DNA of 64,000 nt from Candidatus Latescibacterota bacterium (lineage in GTDB: Bacteria; Latescibacterota; UBA2968; GCA-2709665): contig OZ241917.1 in the NCBI GenBank assembly GCA_965203805.1, forward strand, positions 1,536,001-1,600,000, given 5' to 3'. Positions 19,681 to 29,846 of this stretch are shown piece after piece. The notes under the pieces were generated by a model. The model worked only from the letters and a program-made list of their open reading frames with translations, was not told the origin of the DNA and did no database searches. Both the position numbers and the translations under genes were made by a program. Position 1 is the first letter of the stretch; each line of letters begins with the position of its first letter.

Positions 19681-20772
19681 TCAGAGCGCTGCGGTCGTCT
19701 CTTTCAACGACCGGAGCAGCCGTCTTACTTCGGATCCATATGAAGGTCCCCCGTTTCCGATGGCCTTTCGCGCGGTTATTGTCCAAATGAGTTCCTGAAG
19801 GCTGTAAAGGAGATGGACCGATTCCCACGTCGGCCCATCAAGTCCCCTCGTCCGCAGGTACTCGCCCCAAAAAGCCTCTCGGAACGCCGAAAAATCGCTT
19901 CGGTATCGCCAAAGCTCCTCTCCCCACTCTCCGAAGTTGAACTCGAGGACCGGATTTCCGATACCCGCGTTTCCCCAATCCAGGATTCCGGTGACTTTCA
20001 GGTCCACGTCTGATCGGACCAGAATCTGGTCCTCGTGGATATCCCCATGGAGTACCACGTCTTCCATCTCGGCAAGCGCTCCAAATGCCCGCTGCCATTT
20101 TTCGTAACTCGCTACGGAATTCAACGCTCCGAATTCCTCCGTGCTGCCCTCGGCAGCCAATTCCCGGATCGACGAAGCAACTGAATCCGGTGCGTTTCCG
20201 AGCGAACCCGATTGGAGTGCTCCGTAAAGCCATCGATACGAGTCGCCATGATCGCCGTCGAGGTCGTGAGACTGTGGTTTCAGGAAGGCAGTTTCGGGAC
20301 CCAACGGCAGGTTGTGCCAGATTCCGGCGAGCCGTCCGACGGCGCAAATCACATTTCCATAGTCGGTCGTACTGCACGCATGTTCGATTCTCCCGAGCAG
20401 CACCCCCTGCAGACGCGTGACAACGCCGAACCGGTACGGGCTTATCTCGCGGTTTTCGACCAATTCGACAAGCCTGGGAACCGGCAATCCGTCCAGTCCG
20501 CTCAACAGTTCATATACTGCCAACTCCAAATTCAGCGAAGACTGGTACCTGGGATGCCTCGGAAACAGAAACGCGTGATCCCGGGACTTGATCACGTGCT
20601 TGGACCATCCGGTAAAGTCGGTTTCGAGCTCAACGGGTGTCAGCCCGAACGCTTCACAGAAGCGATCGAGTTGAGGCCTGATCAATATGGCTTCGAGTGC
20701 ATTAGAGTCTGCCACGATGCAGTGATCCCGGAACGTACGCCCTATGCTGATTCTATGGGACGTCTTTCCCAA
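19681..20772 (-). CDS. Aminoglycoside phosphotransferase (APH)-fold protein
   Basis: LHGDIHEDQILV, GILDWG. Confidence 0.85.
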   Translation of the reverse strand: MGKTSHRISIGRTFRDHCIVADSNALEAILIRPQLDRFCEAFGLTPVELETDFTGWSKHVIKSRDHAFLFPRHPRYQSSLNLELAVYELLSGLDGLPVPRLVELVENREISPYRFGVVTRLQGVLLGRIEHACSTTDYGNVICAVGRLAGIWHNLPLGPETAFLKPQSHDLDGDHGDSYRWLYGALQSGSLGNAPDSVASSIRELAAEGSTEEFGALNSVASYEKWQRAFGALAEMEDVVLHGDIHEDQILVRSDVDLKVTGILDWGNAGIGNPVLEFNFGEWGEELWRYRSDFSAFREAFWGEYLRTRGLDGPTWESVHLLYSLQELIWTITARKAIGNGGPSYGSEVRRLLRSLKETTAAL

Positions 20773-20916
20773 ACCAATGTGTTATGCCTCGTTTTACTTC
20801 CCCACGACAAGAAGAATGTGGCTGCTGGCGCCCAGGAGAGAACGGTCTCGATCCGTTCGCTGTCCAGCAGATACAATCGGCGAATGCGCCACGGTTTGAC
20901 TCGTTTGGAGGCCATA

Positions 20917-21288
20917 TCAGACCTGAACATCGGCATAGAAGTTGATGATATTTCGATCCGGATCGCGGAACCACACGGACCGACGGCCCCACGGCTGGGT
21001 TGCGGGAGGTTTGACGATCTCGATGTTCATGGCCTTCAATCGTCTGAATTCACGGTCAACGTCGTCTACTTCAAATTCGATCGTATAGCTACCGGTACCA
21101 GCACCTTTTAGGCATCCAGGCGCCATTTTCTCCGTGCGTTCCGAGGAGTAGATGGACAGAACCGCACCCTCCGTCGGGATGATCTCGAAGATATTCGCCT
21201 CTTCAGGCTCGAGTTCCAGGATTTCCCTGTAGAACGCGCAGAGACGAGGCACGTTTTCTGTCACAATGCAAATGCCATTGAACCGCAT
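20917..21288 (-). CDS. VOC/glyoxalase family protein
   Basis: IEFEVDDVD..QPWGRRSVWFRDPDRN. Confidence 0.9.
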   Translation of the reverse strand: MRFNGICIVTENVPRLCAFYREILELEPEEANIFEIIPTEGAVLSIYSSERTEKMAPGCLKGAGTGSYTIEFEVDDVDREFRRLKAMNIEIVKPPATQPWGRRSVWFRDPDRNIINFYADVQV

Positions 21289-21372
21289 GGTTAGCCCCCG
21301 CAAGTCCACGTGGGATTATCACTCGCACGTCGCCACCGTCGCACATGCCCCCGCATAAGGAAAACATGATGG

Positions 21373-22185
21373 TCACGTGTTAATCTCCGGTCCCCAATCG
21401 GCGGCGAAGTCATTGGCCGAACTGTTGGATAGATTGACCAGGTTCCGACCGTCAAAATCGATCCGGTAGATCTGCTGGCGGCCGTCTTCGTGGCCTGTAA
21501 AGACGATCTGTCGGCCGGTCGGAGACCAGGAGAGTTCTCCTACGCCCGTTACCCGGTCAGTGAGGCGTCTGGGATCCGATCCGTCAGCCTTCATGACGTA
21601 GACCTGCCGTTCACCGGCGCGGTCAGAGTTGAAGGCAATCCACTTTCCGTCCGGCGACCAGACAGGGTCACCGTCGTCGCTATCTGAAACGTGCAGGCGT
21701 CGCTGCGCGCTTCCGTCCGGGTCCATCACGTAAATCTGGGAGCGTCCATCACGGTCCGTGGTGAACGCGATCTGAGAGCCGTCGGGAGAAAAGGTGGATT
21801 CCAGTTCGCACGCCGAATGATTCGTCAGGTTCCTCTGGTGGGAGCCGTCGCTGTCCATCGTGTAGATTTCCACATTGTCGTCTCGATCGGTGGTAAAGAT
21901 GATCGTCTCCCCGTCCGGCGACCAGTGCGGCCGGAGATCCGGTGCCGCATTCCGGGTCAGTCGCTCCGGCCGGCTCCCGTCCGCGTCGATCAGGTAGATT
22001 TCCCCTTTCCCGTGACGCCTGTCGCAATACGCGATCCGCGTGCCGTCCGGCGACCATCGCGGATGATCTTCCTCCCATTCCGCGGTACGGGTGATATTCG
22101 TCTGATCACTTCCATCCGGATTCATTACGAAGAGATCGAAGGTCCCATCCCTATCGCTGACAAACGTGATCTTCGATGAATTCAT
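21373..22185 (-). CDS. TolB-like PD40 beta-propeller protein
   Basis: Repeated PxWSPDG..IAF.SDRDG..IY.MD.DGS. Confidence 0.9.
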   Translation of the reverse strand: MNSSKITFVSDRDGTFDLFVMNPDGSDQTNITRTAEWEEDHPRWSPDGTRIAYCDRRHGKGEIYLIDADGSRPERLTRNAAPDLRPHWSPDGETIIFTTDRDDNVEIYTMDSDGSHQRNLTNHSACELESTFSPDGSQIAFTTDRDGRSQIYVMDPDGSAQRRLHVSDSDDGDPVWSPDGKWIAFNSDRAGERQVYVMKADGSDPRRLTDRVTGVGELSWSPTGRQIVFTGHEDGRQQIYRIDFDGRNLVNLSNSSANDFAADWGPEINT

Positions 22186-22218
22186 GACGGCGCCCACGTC
22201 GACTGGTTGGGTTTTGGG

Positions 22219-23605
22219 GAGATATTGTCAAATGTTGTGGATGGCGGCGAGCGTATCCTGATGGATCAGGCGGCGGCTTTGACGTCTCCATCCTCGAATT
22301 CGACGCCCTGGACCACGAGTTCAATGAGCTTGTGACTGTGTAATCGTTGCCAGTGTTTCTGGGCTTGGTCGGCCAGTTTGTAAACCATCATCAACGTGGC
22401 GTTTCGAGAGCCGCATCCTTTGGTCTGGCGCGTGCGGTGGCGAACGGTGCTGAAAGTGGATTCAATGGGATTGGTGGACCGGAGGTGTCGCCAGTGAGCG
22501 GCCGGGAAATCGTAAAAGGTGAACAGCACGTCCTTGTCTTTTTCCAGGCACGCACACGCTTTGGGGTATTTGGCTTCATAAAGGGACAGAAAGTCCTCGT
22601 AAGCGGCCAGGGCATCCTCTCTGGTGGGTGAGAGATACATCTCGTGGAGGCGCCCTTTGGCCTGCGCCTGGACCGTTTTGGGGAGGTTATCCAGCACGTT
22701 GGCACTCTTGTGCACCCAGCAGCGCTGATGGCTTGTCTCGGGGAAGACTTCCTCCAGCGCGGCCCAGAAACCCAGGCCGCCATCGCCAATGGCCAGGGCA
22801 GGCGCTTCTTTCAACCCTCTTCTTTTCAGGTCCCTGAGCACACCTTCCCAGGACAGCTTGCTTTCACGATGTCCATCCTCGATCGCCAACAGTTCCTTAC
22901 GGCCATCCTTCGTGGCACCGATGATGACTAAGACGCAGGGCCGGTCCGGTTCCAGTCGCACCTGGAAATAGATGCCATCGGCCCAGACATACACGTAGTG
23001 TTTATCTGAAAGATCCCGTTGTTGCCACGCTCGATATTCTTCGTCCCAGATCTGCTTGAGCCGAACGATGTTGGCCGGTGACAGCCCCACCGCATTCTCA
23101 CCCAAAATCGCAGAAAGTGCCTCGGGGAAGGACGACGTCGAGACCCCCTTGAGATACAGTGCCGGAATCAACGCATCGATAGAGGGTGCCCGACGCATAT
23201 ATCTCGGCAAAATGGCTGAGCTGAATGTCTTTCCCTTACGCCTGTCGTGCACACGCGGCTGCCGGATCTCAAGGTGTCCTACGCCCGTGATCAGTTCCCG
23301 TGGCTTGTGAGATCCATTCCTGACCACTTGCCGGTGACCACGTTCATCCTTCTCCGCTTGCAACCCTTCAACGTAGGCGTCCACTTCAAACTCCAACGCG
23401 GCTTGCAGCATCCGCCTGGCCCCAACACGAATCAGATCTTCCAGGCTCAACGTCACTTCATCTTTGACTATCGTCTCAACTTCGGAGGCCGTATATTGTC
23501 TCATCGAGCGTATCCTTCCTCCCTCGTCTGAGGGATCTCGGGTTAATAGTGATACTATAGGATACGCTCTTTTTTTACCTCATCCACAACTTTTGAATAT
23601 AACTC
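22219..23605 (-). mobile_element. IS256-family insertion sequence, complete
   Basis: Imperfect IRs GAGATATTGTCAAATGTTGTGGATG / GAGTTATATTCAAAAGTTGTGGATG; 8-bp TSD GTTTTGGG at 22211-22218 and 23606-23613. Confidence 0.95.
22266..23504 (-). CDS. IS256-family transposase
   Basis: RNG, LYLKGVST, YVWADGI, GDGGLG, QRCWVH, STNPIES. Confidence 0.96.
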   Translation of the reverse strand: MRQYTASEVETIVKDEVTLSLEDLIRVGARRMLQAALEFEVDAYVEGLQAEKDERGHRQVVRNGSHKPRELITGVGHLEIRQPRVHDRRKGKTFSSAILPRYMRRAPSIDALIPALYLKGVSTSSFPEALSAILGENAVGLSPANIVRLKQIWDEEYRAWQQRDLSDKHYVYVWADGIYFQVRLEPDRPCVLVIIGATKDGRKELLAIEDGHRESKLSWEGVLRDLKRRGLKEAPALAIGDGGLGFWAALEEVFPETSHQRCWVHKSANVLDNLPKTVQAQAKGRLHEMYLSPTREDALAAYEDFLSLYEAKYPKACACLEKDKDVLFTFYDFPAAHWRHLRSTNPIESTFSTVRHRTRQTKGCGSRNATLMMVYKLADQAQKHWQRLHSHKLIELVVQGVEFEDGDVKAAA

Positions 23606-23657
23606 GTTTTGGGTTCAAGCTGATTAGTGAACGCTGATAGCTGCTCTTGCTCCGCTT

Positions 23658-23699
23658 CCTCCCCTCTCCCCTTGGGAGATGGGGCTGGGGGGTGAGGGT
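23658..23699. repeat. REP-like palindrome (CCCTCTCCC..GGGAGA..GGGTGAGGG type)
   Basis: CCCCTCTCCCCTTGGGAGATGGGGCTGGGGGGTGAGGG. Confidence 0.55.
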
Positions 23700-23786
23700 C
23701 ACCACTTCGCACCAGACGAATCCAATGCCGAATCGAGACATGATGCAATAAGAACGTGATATAAATTATCGCAACACAGGAATCTA

Positions 23787-24052
23787 TGGTGGATTATTCA
23801 CGAAAACCCTGGTTTTGATGTATAACGGGTTGTTTTTCAATAGATTCTGCGAAATATTACGCGTCAGCATTTCATGAATTACGAAATTGATTGGTCAGGG
23901 AGATGTTTTGTAGCCCACCGAGGTAAGGATCCATCGGTTTGGCCCGGAATCGTGAGCATTTGTCCTGTTCTTGGTCTTTATCCTGTTCATCCTGCCTGCC
24001 TCGCCTGCTTCAGCAGGCAGGTCCATCCATGTAAGTTCATGTTTAGTGAATT
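23787..24052 (-). repeat. Dispersed spacer element, copy B (27-bp hairpin insert at 23995-24021)
   Basis: Aligns with copies A, C and D. Confidence 0.8.
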
Positions 24053-24740
24053 ATGCAGGCGATATGTCATATTTCCTCAGGACGAGAAGCTTGTCTTCCT
24101 GCGCCGCCTCCAGGATAAAGTCGAACCGGTCCGCATCCAGACACATTTCAACGTCTCGTGGATTTATGCCCGGGTAGCCCTCTGCCGCTGCCTGACGAAT
24201 ATCGTCTGCAGCCCCGGACTCGGCGGCTCTCCGGATATACGGCGCAGGATCGGTCCGCGGGTCCCGAATGAGCGCATCGATGTATTGGGCGCATGCCAGG
24301 TCCTCTTCAGCCGTACCGTCCTCTCCGGTCACGACATAGGTCAACTCCATCGGCGCCAGTTCGCGCAATCTGTGAGCGACAGCCGATGCGCAGACGAAAC
24401 CCGTGCAGATCAGTGGCTTGCAGTGGCGTACGGCAACCGCGCCTATTGTGCCGGCAGTCGTACGTTGGACGATGGTTTTCCCGCGAATGTCCGCTTCCTG
24501 CAAGTCCGCGGGTGAATTGTATAAATCGAAACCTTCTGCCGGCGCGCCGTCCTTCAATGCCACGGACCCAGGAATCCGCGCCTTGATTTCAAGAGCTTCC
24601 TCGAGGTCGTCAACCAGAATCATCCTCGACGCGCCCATGTGCAAGGCCCATGCGGCAACGGTATACGCCCGCATTACGTCGATAACAACTGCCGCGCCGG
24701 AGACAGACTCACACTCTCCGATGCCTACAAATCTTGCCAT
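24051..24740 (-). CDS. 2-phosphosulfolactate phosphatase family (ComB-like)
   Basis: AVVIDVMRA, FDLYNSP, TTAGT, EDLACA. Confidence 0.88.
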   Translation of the reverse strand: MARFVGIGECESVSGAAVVIDVMRAYTVAAWALHMGASRMILVDDLEEALEIKARIPGSVALKDGAPAEGFDLYNSPADLQEADIRGKTIVQRTTAGTIGAVAVRHCKPLICTGFVCASAVAHRLRELAPMELTYVVTGEDGTAEEDLACAQYIDALIRDPRTDPAPYIRRAAESGAADDIRQAAAEGYPGINPRDVEMCLDADRFDFILEAAQEDKLLVLRKYDISPA

Positions 24741-24785
24741 GGAATTTCCGCCTCACTTTTCGCTTGGGTTGCTATTGGATTGAAA

Positions 24786-25589
24786 TTAACCGCGCTCCGG
24801 ATACGGATTCTCGGTGAGCTTGATTCCCCCGACCCAGGTCGTGTGGTGTGTGGTCACGATTTCACCCGATGAGGTCGTATTGCGTTCAGCGAACAGTTTG
24901 AGGCGAGGGTCATCATGGCCGGGAAGCGATCCTCCGGCCCAGGCCCAGATGGAACACTGGAACTGAAGCCATTCGTAGATATCCGGATAGATCCTTTTCT
25001 CAATGACGTCGGCCGCGAAACGAATCCCTACACCGCTCCTTTCCATTGAGACGCGCATCTGGTCCTGAACGGTGATCGTCTGGGATAGCCGCGCGCCATC
25101 ACCGAAAACGTCCTTCACCTCCTGATGGTGCAGCTCTCCGATCAGTTCACAGAAGATAAGACCGCCGGGCTTCAGGACACGCAGTGCGGCCTGTACACCG
25201 TAGGTGTCGTACCCGATGGGCGCGCGTTCGGAGTAGACGAAGTCGAACGATTCCGGCTCCAGGGAGTCGCTCTCTGCAAGGAAATCGAGACGCCTGAATT
25301 CAACGTTCTGCGCATCACTTTTTCTCAGGGCGTTCTCGGCCAGTTCTATGTGTTTGGGGTCGTTTTCGACACCGAGAGCCGAGTCAAAGCGTACGGCATT
25401 CTGCAGTAGCGTTCCGCCGTTCCCGCATCCAATGTCCAGCACCCGCATCTCCGGGCGAAATTGCGAAGCGATAATTTCCGTTGCCCGGGGCGCAATGTCC
25501 GAATCAGTGCGGTACTTCGCCGGTCGCGAACCGTAGTAAAAGTGTTCCAGATTCAGAATCGACTTCAGGCGGTCTTCGTCAAGTTCCAC
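24786..25589 (-). CDS. Class I SAM-dependent methyltransferase
   Basis: VLDIGCGNG, RVLKPGG. Confidence 0.9.
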   Translation of the reverse strand: MELDEDRLKSILNLEHFYYGSRPAKYRTDSDIAPRATEIIASQFRPEMRVLDIGCGNGGTLLQNAVRFDSALGVENDPKHIELAENALRKSDAQNVEFRRLDFLAESDSLEPESFDFVYSERAPIGYDTYGVQAALRVLKPGGLIFCELIGELHHQEVKDVFGDGARLSQTITVQDQMRVSMERSGVGIRFAADVIEKRIYPDIYEWLQFQCSIWAWAGGSLPGHDDPRLKLFAERNTTSSGEIVTTHHTTWVGGIKLTENPYPERG

Positions 25590-25676
25590 AAATCGAATCT
25601 CCGATCGGGTCGAGATGCGCTGAAGCGGGAAGACGTGCCCAGGCTTTGAGCCGCATGCTACATCAAAAATACCTGA

Positions 25677-26339
25677 TTACGGCCGCGCGCCTCTGACGGC
25701 AAAGAAAAACGGATGGACCTCTTCCGCAGTATCGGCACTTGTAAGCCCTGCGCCCACGACACCATCCTGTTCGATCTCAAATCCGGTCTCGGCAAGGATC
25801 ATTCTGTAGGTATCGGGACCAAAATTGCTCCAGTACATCGTCTCGCCGAGGAAGTCATCTTCGGTATAGCCAGGACCGTCGTCATGCCTGGCAACCGTAA
25901 CCAGGAGGAGACCACCGGGTCGAAGCCACCGGAAAAATCGACAGAAGAGTTCCCGATGCTTCTGCCTGGGGATATGGAAGATGGCGTAGAAGCTGACAAT
26001 TGCATCGAAGCCGGCTGCCGGGAAGTCAGCCTCCATAACGTCGGCGGTGAGGAATCTGCCCGATGGGACGTTTTTCCCGGCCAGAGCGATCATGCTTGAA
26101 GAGACGTCGATCCCCGTAACGTCAAACCTCTTCGCAAGGTGGCGCGCGACCGGTACGCCGGCGCCGCAGCCGACGTCAAGGATCCTTGAACCGGGCTTCA
26201 GACGTTCAGAGATCAAATTGAGCTCCGCCTCGGCCGTGGTGCGCCGCTGCTCCGCGTAGCCCTTCGCACACCGGTCGTAGGCTGCCCTCACGAGCTCTCG
26301 ATAATCGACGTCGGGGTCGTCAGCAATCTTGAACGGCAT
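25677..26339 (-). CDS. Class I SAM-dependent methyltransferase
   Basis: ILDVGCGAG, WLRPGG. Confidence 0.92.
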   Translation of the reverse strand: MPFKIADDPDVDYRELVRAAYDRCAKGYAEQRRTTAEAELNLISERLKPGSRILDVGCGAGVPVARHLAKRFDVTGIDVSSSMIALAGKNVPSGRFLTADVMEADFPAAGFDAIVSFYAIFHIPRQKHRELFCRFFRWLRPGGLLLVTVARHDDGPGYTEDDFLGETMYWSNFGPDTYRMILAETGFEIEQDGVVGAGLTSADTAEEVHPFFFAVRGARP

Positions 26340-26468
26340 GATACCACTTCCTGGACGGGGTCAACCCTTCAACGAGATTTCACGAAGTGATGGATTCGCT
26401 CCCCCAGTATACCCGGCAATAGGACCTACAATATACACAGAAAACCGGCGGTAGTGTTCTTATCCCCA

Positions 26469-28838
26469 CTATTCTTCCCGAAGGGCGTTTGCGGGATTCA
26501 TCAGGGATGTCCGGTAGGCCTGTCCTCCTGCAATCAAGATGACGATCGACGTCGTCAGCAGGGTGGCATAAACGAACACATCCACGCCAATCTGAATACG
26601 ATAAGCAAATCCCTGAAGCCACAGTGTCAGTACATAGTAGGCGACAGGACAGGCCGCCAGAGCACCAATAATACCCAGGAATGCAAACTTCCGCACGTAC
26701 CGTGCCGCCACCGGCCATTCCGATGCCCCCACGACTTTCCGGATACCAATATCCCTGGTTTCTTGTTCAACCATCAGCCTGACAAGACCCAGCAGTCCGA
26801 GGCCCGACAGGAACAGGACAAGAAAGACACATATGCTTACGATCTGAGTTAACGCCCGTTCGTTCCTGTATAATCGTTCGATCCTATCGACCAGAAAGCC
26901 GCTGTTGGTCGGAAAGGCAGTCCGAGGCGCAACTTTCGACCATGTCCGATGTATCCACTCGACGGCATCGTCTACACCGTCCGGATGGATTCTCACCAGT
27001 ATACCGGAACCGCTTTCTGTTAAAAAAATCCCAAGCGGTTCAATCGGGTTGTGGAGCGACATAAAGTGGTAATCTCTGACAACACCCACAACCGTCCTGC
27101 GTTTACCCCACCAACTGATCTCTTCCCCGATCGGCGCCTCCAACCCGAGTAGCCTGACGGCCGTTTCGTTAAGGAGGCAGGTGCGCTCAACTTCATGCAG
27201 GGTTGTAAAATTCCGGCCTCGACTGAGTGCAATGCCCAACGTCTGCAGATAGTCGATGCTTGCCGCGAGACTGCGAATGGAGACGCCGCCCGTAATGGAA
27301 CGACCCCTGGCGGTATAGCTCCTCAGATTGCCGCCGGGGATGCCGCCCGATGCAACATTCAGAATAGATGGTGAATCCTTCAGCTCCCGTTCGATCGTGA
27401 GACGCTGAGACGCCGACAGCCCCGGCGTTGAAAAATAGAAGACATCCTCCAGAGAATAACCGAGTTTCTTTTTGTCAATATGGTCCATCTGCAGAAAGAC
27501 AACTGCGGCACTTGACAGGAAGAACGTGGAAACCGCAAATTGCAGCGGCAACAGGATCTGTTGCAGCCACTTCGCGGTGTCGAATTTCAACTGACCCTTT
27601 ACAACCTGGGTCGGCTGTATCCCGGATACCCATCGGGCGGAAGTACCCCCGATCGCGATCCCTGCAACGAGAACGAGCGCAAGCAGTGTCAACACGATGA
27701 ATGAAATCCGGCCGGATGCTGAATACACCTCGTAAAATACCATGCCATTCAAGTAAGGGAAGCAGAGGTAAGCAATTCCGACACCGGCCAGTACCGATAC
27801 TGAAGATATCGCAAACGACTCCACCAGAATCTGGAATGCCAGTTCGGACCGCGTTGCCCCGATAACCTTTCTGATTCCGAATTCCCTGGCGCGCGACAGA
27901 TATGCTGCCGCATTTAGATTGAAGACATTCAGACATGCACCGATCAATACGAGAACGGCGGCAATCAGGAAGACGTAGACATAGGCAGATTGGCGGAGCA
28001 TTGCATTCGCTGAAAACTGTTGATTTGCCGGCGACTCGAGATGGAGATCGGTTAACGATTGAAGAGAAAGTTGGAACCGTTGTGCGTCTTTCCGTCCGTA
28101 AAACCTCTGAATGAAGTCGCGCTCCTGCACTTCGAAATTCTCATTGGTGTAGCCTTTCGCCAGCAGCACGTACGTATAGACGGACATCCAGCCCTTTGAA
28201 TCCAGATAGTTCGAGAGGTGGTTCGTTACCGTATTGATCGAGAACAGGTAATCGAATGAAAGATGCGAATTCCGCGGAATGTCTCTTAAAATGCCGGTTA
28301 CCGTCAGGAAATACGCTTTGCCCTTGAATTCGCCCGCTTTAACGACCTTTCCCATGGGATCTTCATCCCCGAACAACTTTTTGGCCAGGGACTCCGTAAT
28401 CACGATTGAATTGGGTTTCTCAAGGGCGATCCGGGGGTCTCCTTCGACAAGTGGAAACGTGAACAAATCGAAGACATTGGCGTCAACGCAGTAACCCGAC
28501 GCACGGTACTGACGTTCGCGGGTTTGAATGACTCTGTTGAATCTGAAGAAACGTACGTAATCGAGAATATACGGGTAGTCGCCCGCGAGACGCGGCCCCA
28601 TGAACCAGGCAGACTGTTGCCAGATACGTTCACCGTTTTCGAATTGCTGGCGTACTGTCAGACGATATATCCGTTCGGCATTTTCGTGAAATCGATCATG
28701 GCTGAATTCGTGCCGGACGTAGACGGCAATCATCAACGTCGCGGCAACGCCGATCGCCAGCGCCAGGACGATTGTCGCAGAAATGAATTTGCGCCCCATT
28801 AGATGGCGCGCAGTGATTTTGAGATGGTGTTTGAGCAA
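26469..28838 (-). CDS. ABC transporter permease (duplicated MacB/FtsX type)
   Basis: RAREFGIRKVIGA, IGIRKVVGAS, NPANALREE; two periplasmic domains. Confidence 0.92.
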   Translation of the reverse strand: MLKHHLKITARHLMGRKFISATIVLALAIGVAATLMIAVYVRHEFSHDRFHENAERIYRLTVRQQFENGERIWQQSAWFMGPRLAGDYPYILDYVRFFRFNRVIQTRERQYRASGYCVDANVFDLFTFPLVEGDPRIALEKPNSIVITESLAKKLFGDEDPMGKVVKAGEFKGKAYFLTVTGILRDIPRNSHLSFDYLFSINTVTNHLSNYLDSKGWMSVYTYVLLAKGYTNENFEVQERDFIQRFYGRKDAQRFQLSLQSLTDLHLESPANQQFSANAMLRQSAYVYVFLIAAVLVLIGACLNVFNLNAAAYLSRAREFGIRKVIGATRSELAFQILVESFAISSVSVLAGVGIAYLCFPYLNGMVFYEVYSASGRISFIVLTLLALVLVAGIAIGGTSARWVSGIQPTQVVKGQLKFDTAKWLQQILLPLQFAVSTFFLSSAAVVFLQMDHIDKKKLGYSLEDVFYFSTPGLSASQRLTIERELKDSPSILNVASGGIPGGNLRSYTARGRSITGGVSIRSLAASIDYLQTLGIALSRGRNFTTLHEVERTCLLNETAVRLLGLEAPIGEEISWWGKRRTVVGVVRDYHFMSLHNPIEPLGIFLTESGSGILVRIHPDGVDDAVEWIHRTWSKVAPRTAFPTNSGFLVDRIERLYRNERALTQIVSICVFLVLFLSGLGLLGLVRLMVEQETRDIGIRKVVGASEWPVAARYVRKFAFLGIIGALAACPVAYYVLTLWLQGFAYRIQIGVDVFVYATLLTTSIVILIAGGQAYRTSLMNPANALREE

Positions 28839-28956
28839 CTGGCGGTTCTTTCAGCCGGGCCTGTGCAGGTTTCTCACAGGCGCCACGGGATTGCGTCACA
28901 ACGTGGAGACGTGTTCGACGCCGTAGCGTGGACGGTGCAGTCAATCGCTCCACACG

Positions 28957-29325
28957 CTACCCGTTCTTGTCTTGCGCAATGCACAGACTGTTTCCATCGG
29001 GGTCGTCGAAACTGAATTCGAGATTGCCCCAGCTCTGGTCCCAGAGCTTTCCAACGGAGATGCCCGCTTTCTTGTACTCGTCGTACACTGTTGCCGCGTC
29101 CTCGACGTAGATCTGTACCGTCCGTGCCCCCGGCGGTCCATCTCCGGGAAAGGACGAAACGACAATATGGGCAGCGTCCCGGACGACGCCCATATAGCAG
29201 GGGTCGAGTTTTTCCGGATGTGGCCTCCAGGCGTACACGCGACGGAACCCGAGTTTTCCGCAGTAGAATTCCTCGGCAGCTTTCGAACTCGACACCCCCA
29301 GAATAGGTACCGCCTCTTTAAACAC
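28957..29325 (-). CDS. VOC/bleomycin-resistance family protein
   Basis: FYCGKLGF, DQSWGNLEFSFDDPDGN. Confidence 0.9.
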   Translation of the reverse strand: MFKEAVPILGVSSSKAAEEFYCGKLGFRRVYAWRPHPEKLDPCYMGVVRDAAHIVVSSFPGDGPPGARTVQIYVEDAATVYDEYKKAGISVGKLWDQSWGNLEFSFDDPDGNSLCIAQDKNG

Positions 29326-29326
29326 G

Positions 29327-29494
29327 CTATAACCTCCAATTTTGCTTTGCGATCGGAAGGATCGACACTAAAAGACGGGGCTGCGCAACGGCCGACTCCA
29401 GTCTGCCTGTATCACGCAACCCCGATGCTCCGCCAGTTTGAACAACGACCTGTCTGTGAAGTTCGATTACCTCTGCCAGAGAGAGATACCTCAT
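29327..29494 (-). pseudogene. doc: Truncated Doc (death-on-curing) toxin
   Basis: MRYLSLAEVIELH..TGGASGLRDTGRLESAVAQPR then unrelated sequence; Fic motif absent; TAATG overlap with the antitoxin. Confidence 0.8.
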
Positions 29495-29688
29495 TAACTA
29501 AGCCTTCTATAGAGTTCCTCATTCTTGCTCAATACATGTTGCGCAGCGGCATCGAAGTCCGTTTGAAGCTTGTTTAACAGCTCGTCCAACGCAGTTCTTG
29601 CAAGCTCTTCCCGGCGTATACCAAGGCGTTTGGCGGTTAGATCCAACCTTTCGTTTTGTGACTCTGTGAGTTCAAGTAGTAGCTTCAT
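29494..29688 (-). CDS. Ribbon-helix-helix-type antitoxin (Doc partner)
   Basis: C-terminal VLSKNEELYRRLS typical of Doc-associated antitoxins; GGAGG RBS. Confidence 0.8.
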   Translation of the reverse strand: MKLLLELTESQNERLDLTAKRLGIRREELARTALDELLNKLQTDFDAAAQHVLSKNEELYRRLS

Positions 29689-29846
29689 CGTCGTTCCTCC
29701 AAGCGTTGTTGGTTTTTCCACATAATCGCAAATTTCGCAGCAGGGTTCAAGTAGGATCGTGCTTCTGGACCCTATTCAAATGTCACTCTTTGGAGTCATG
29801 TCGGTTTACGAAGCCTCGACCTGTATTCTGAGCTTGCCGCGGGTGT

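Noticed and set aside
21373-22185. Internal DNA repeats in the TolB-like and LRR genes
   Set aside because: Explained by protein repeats.
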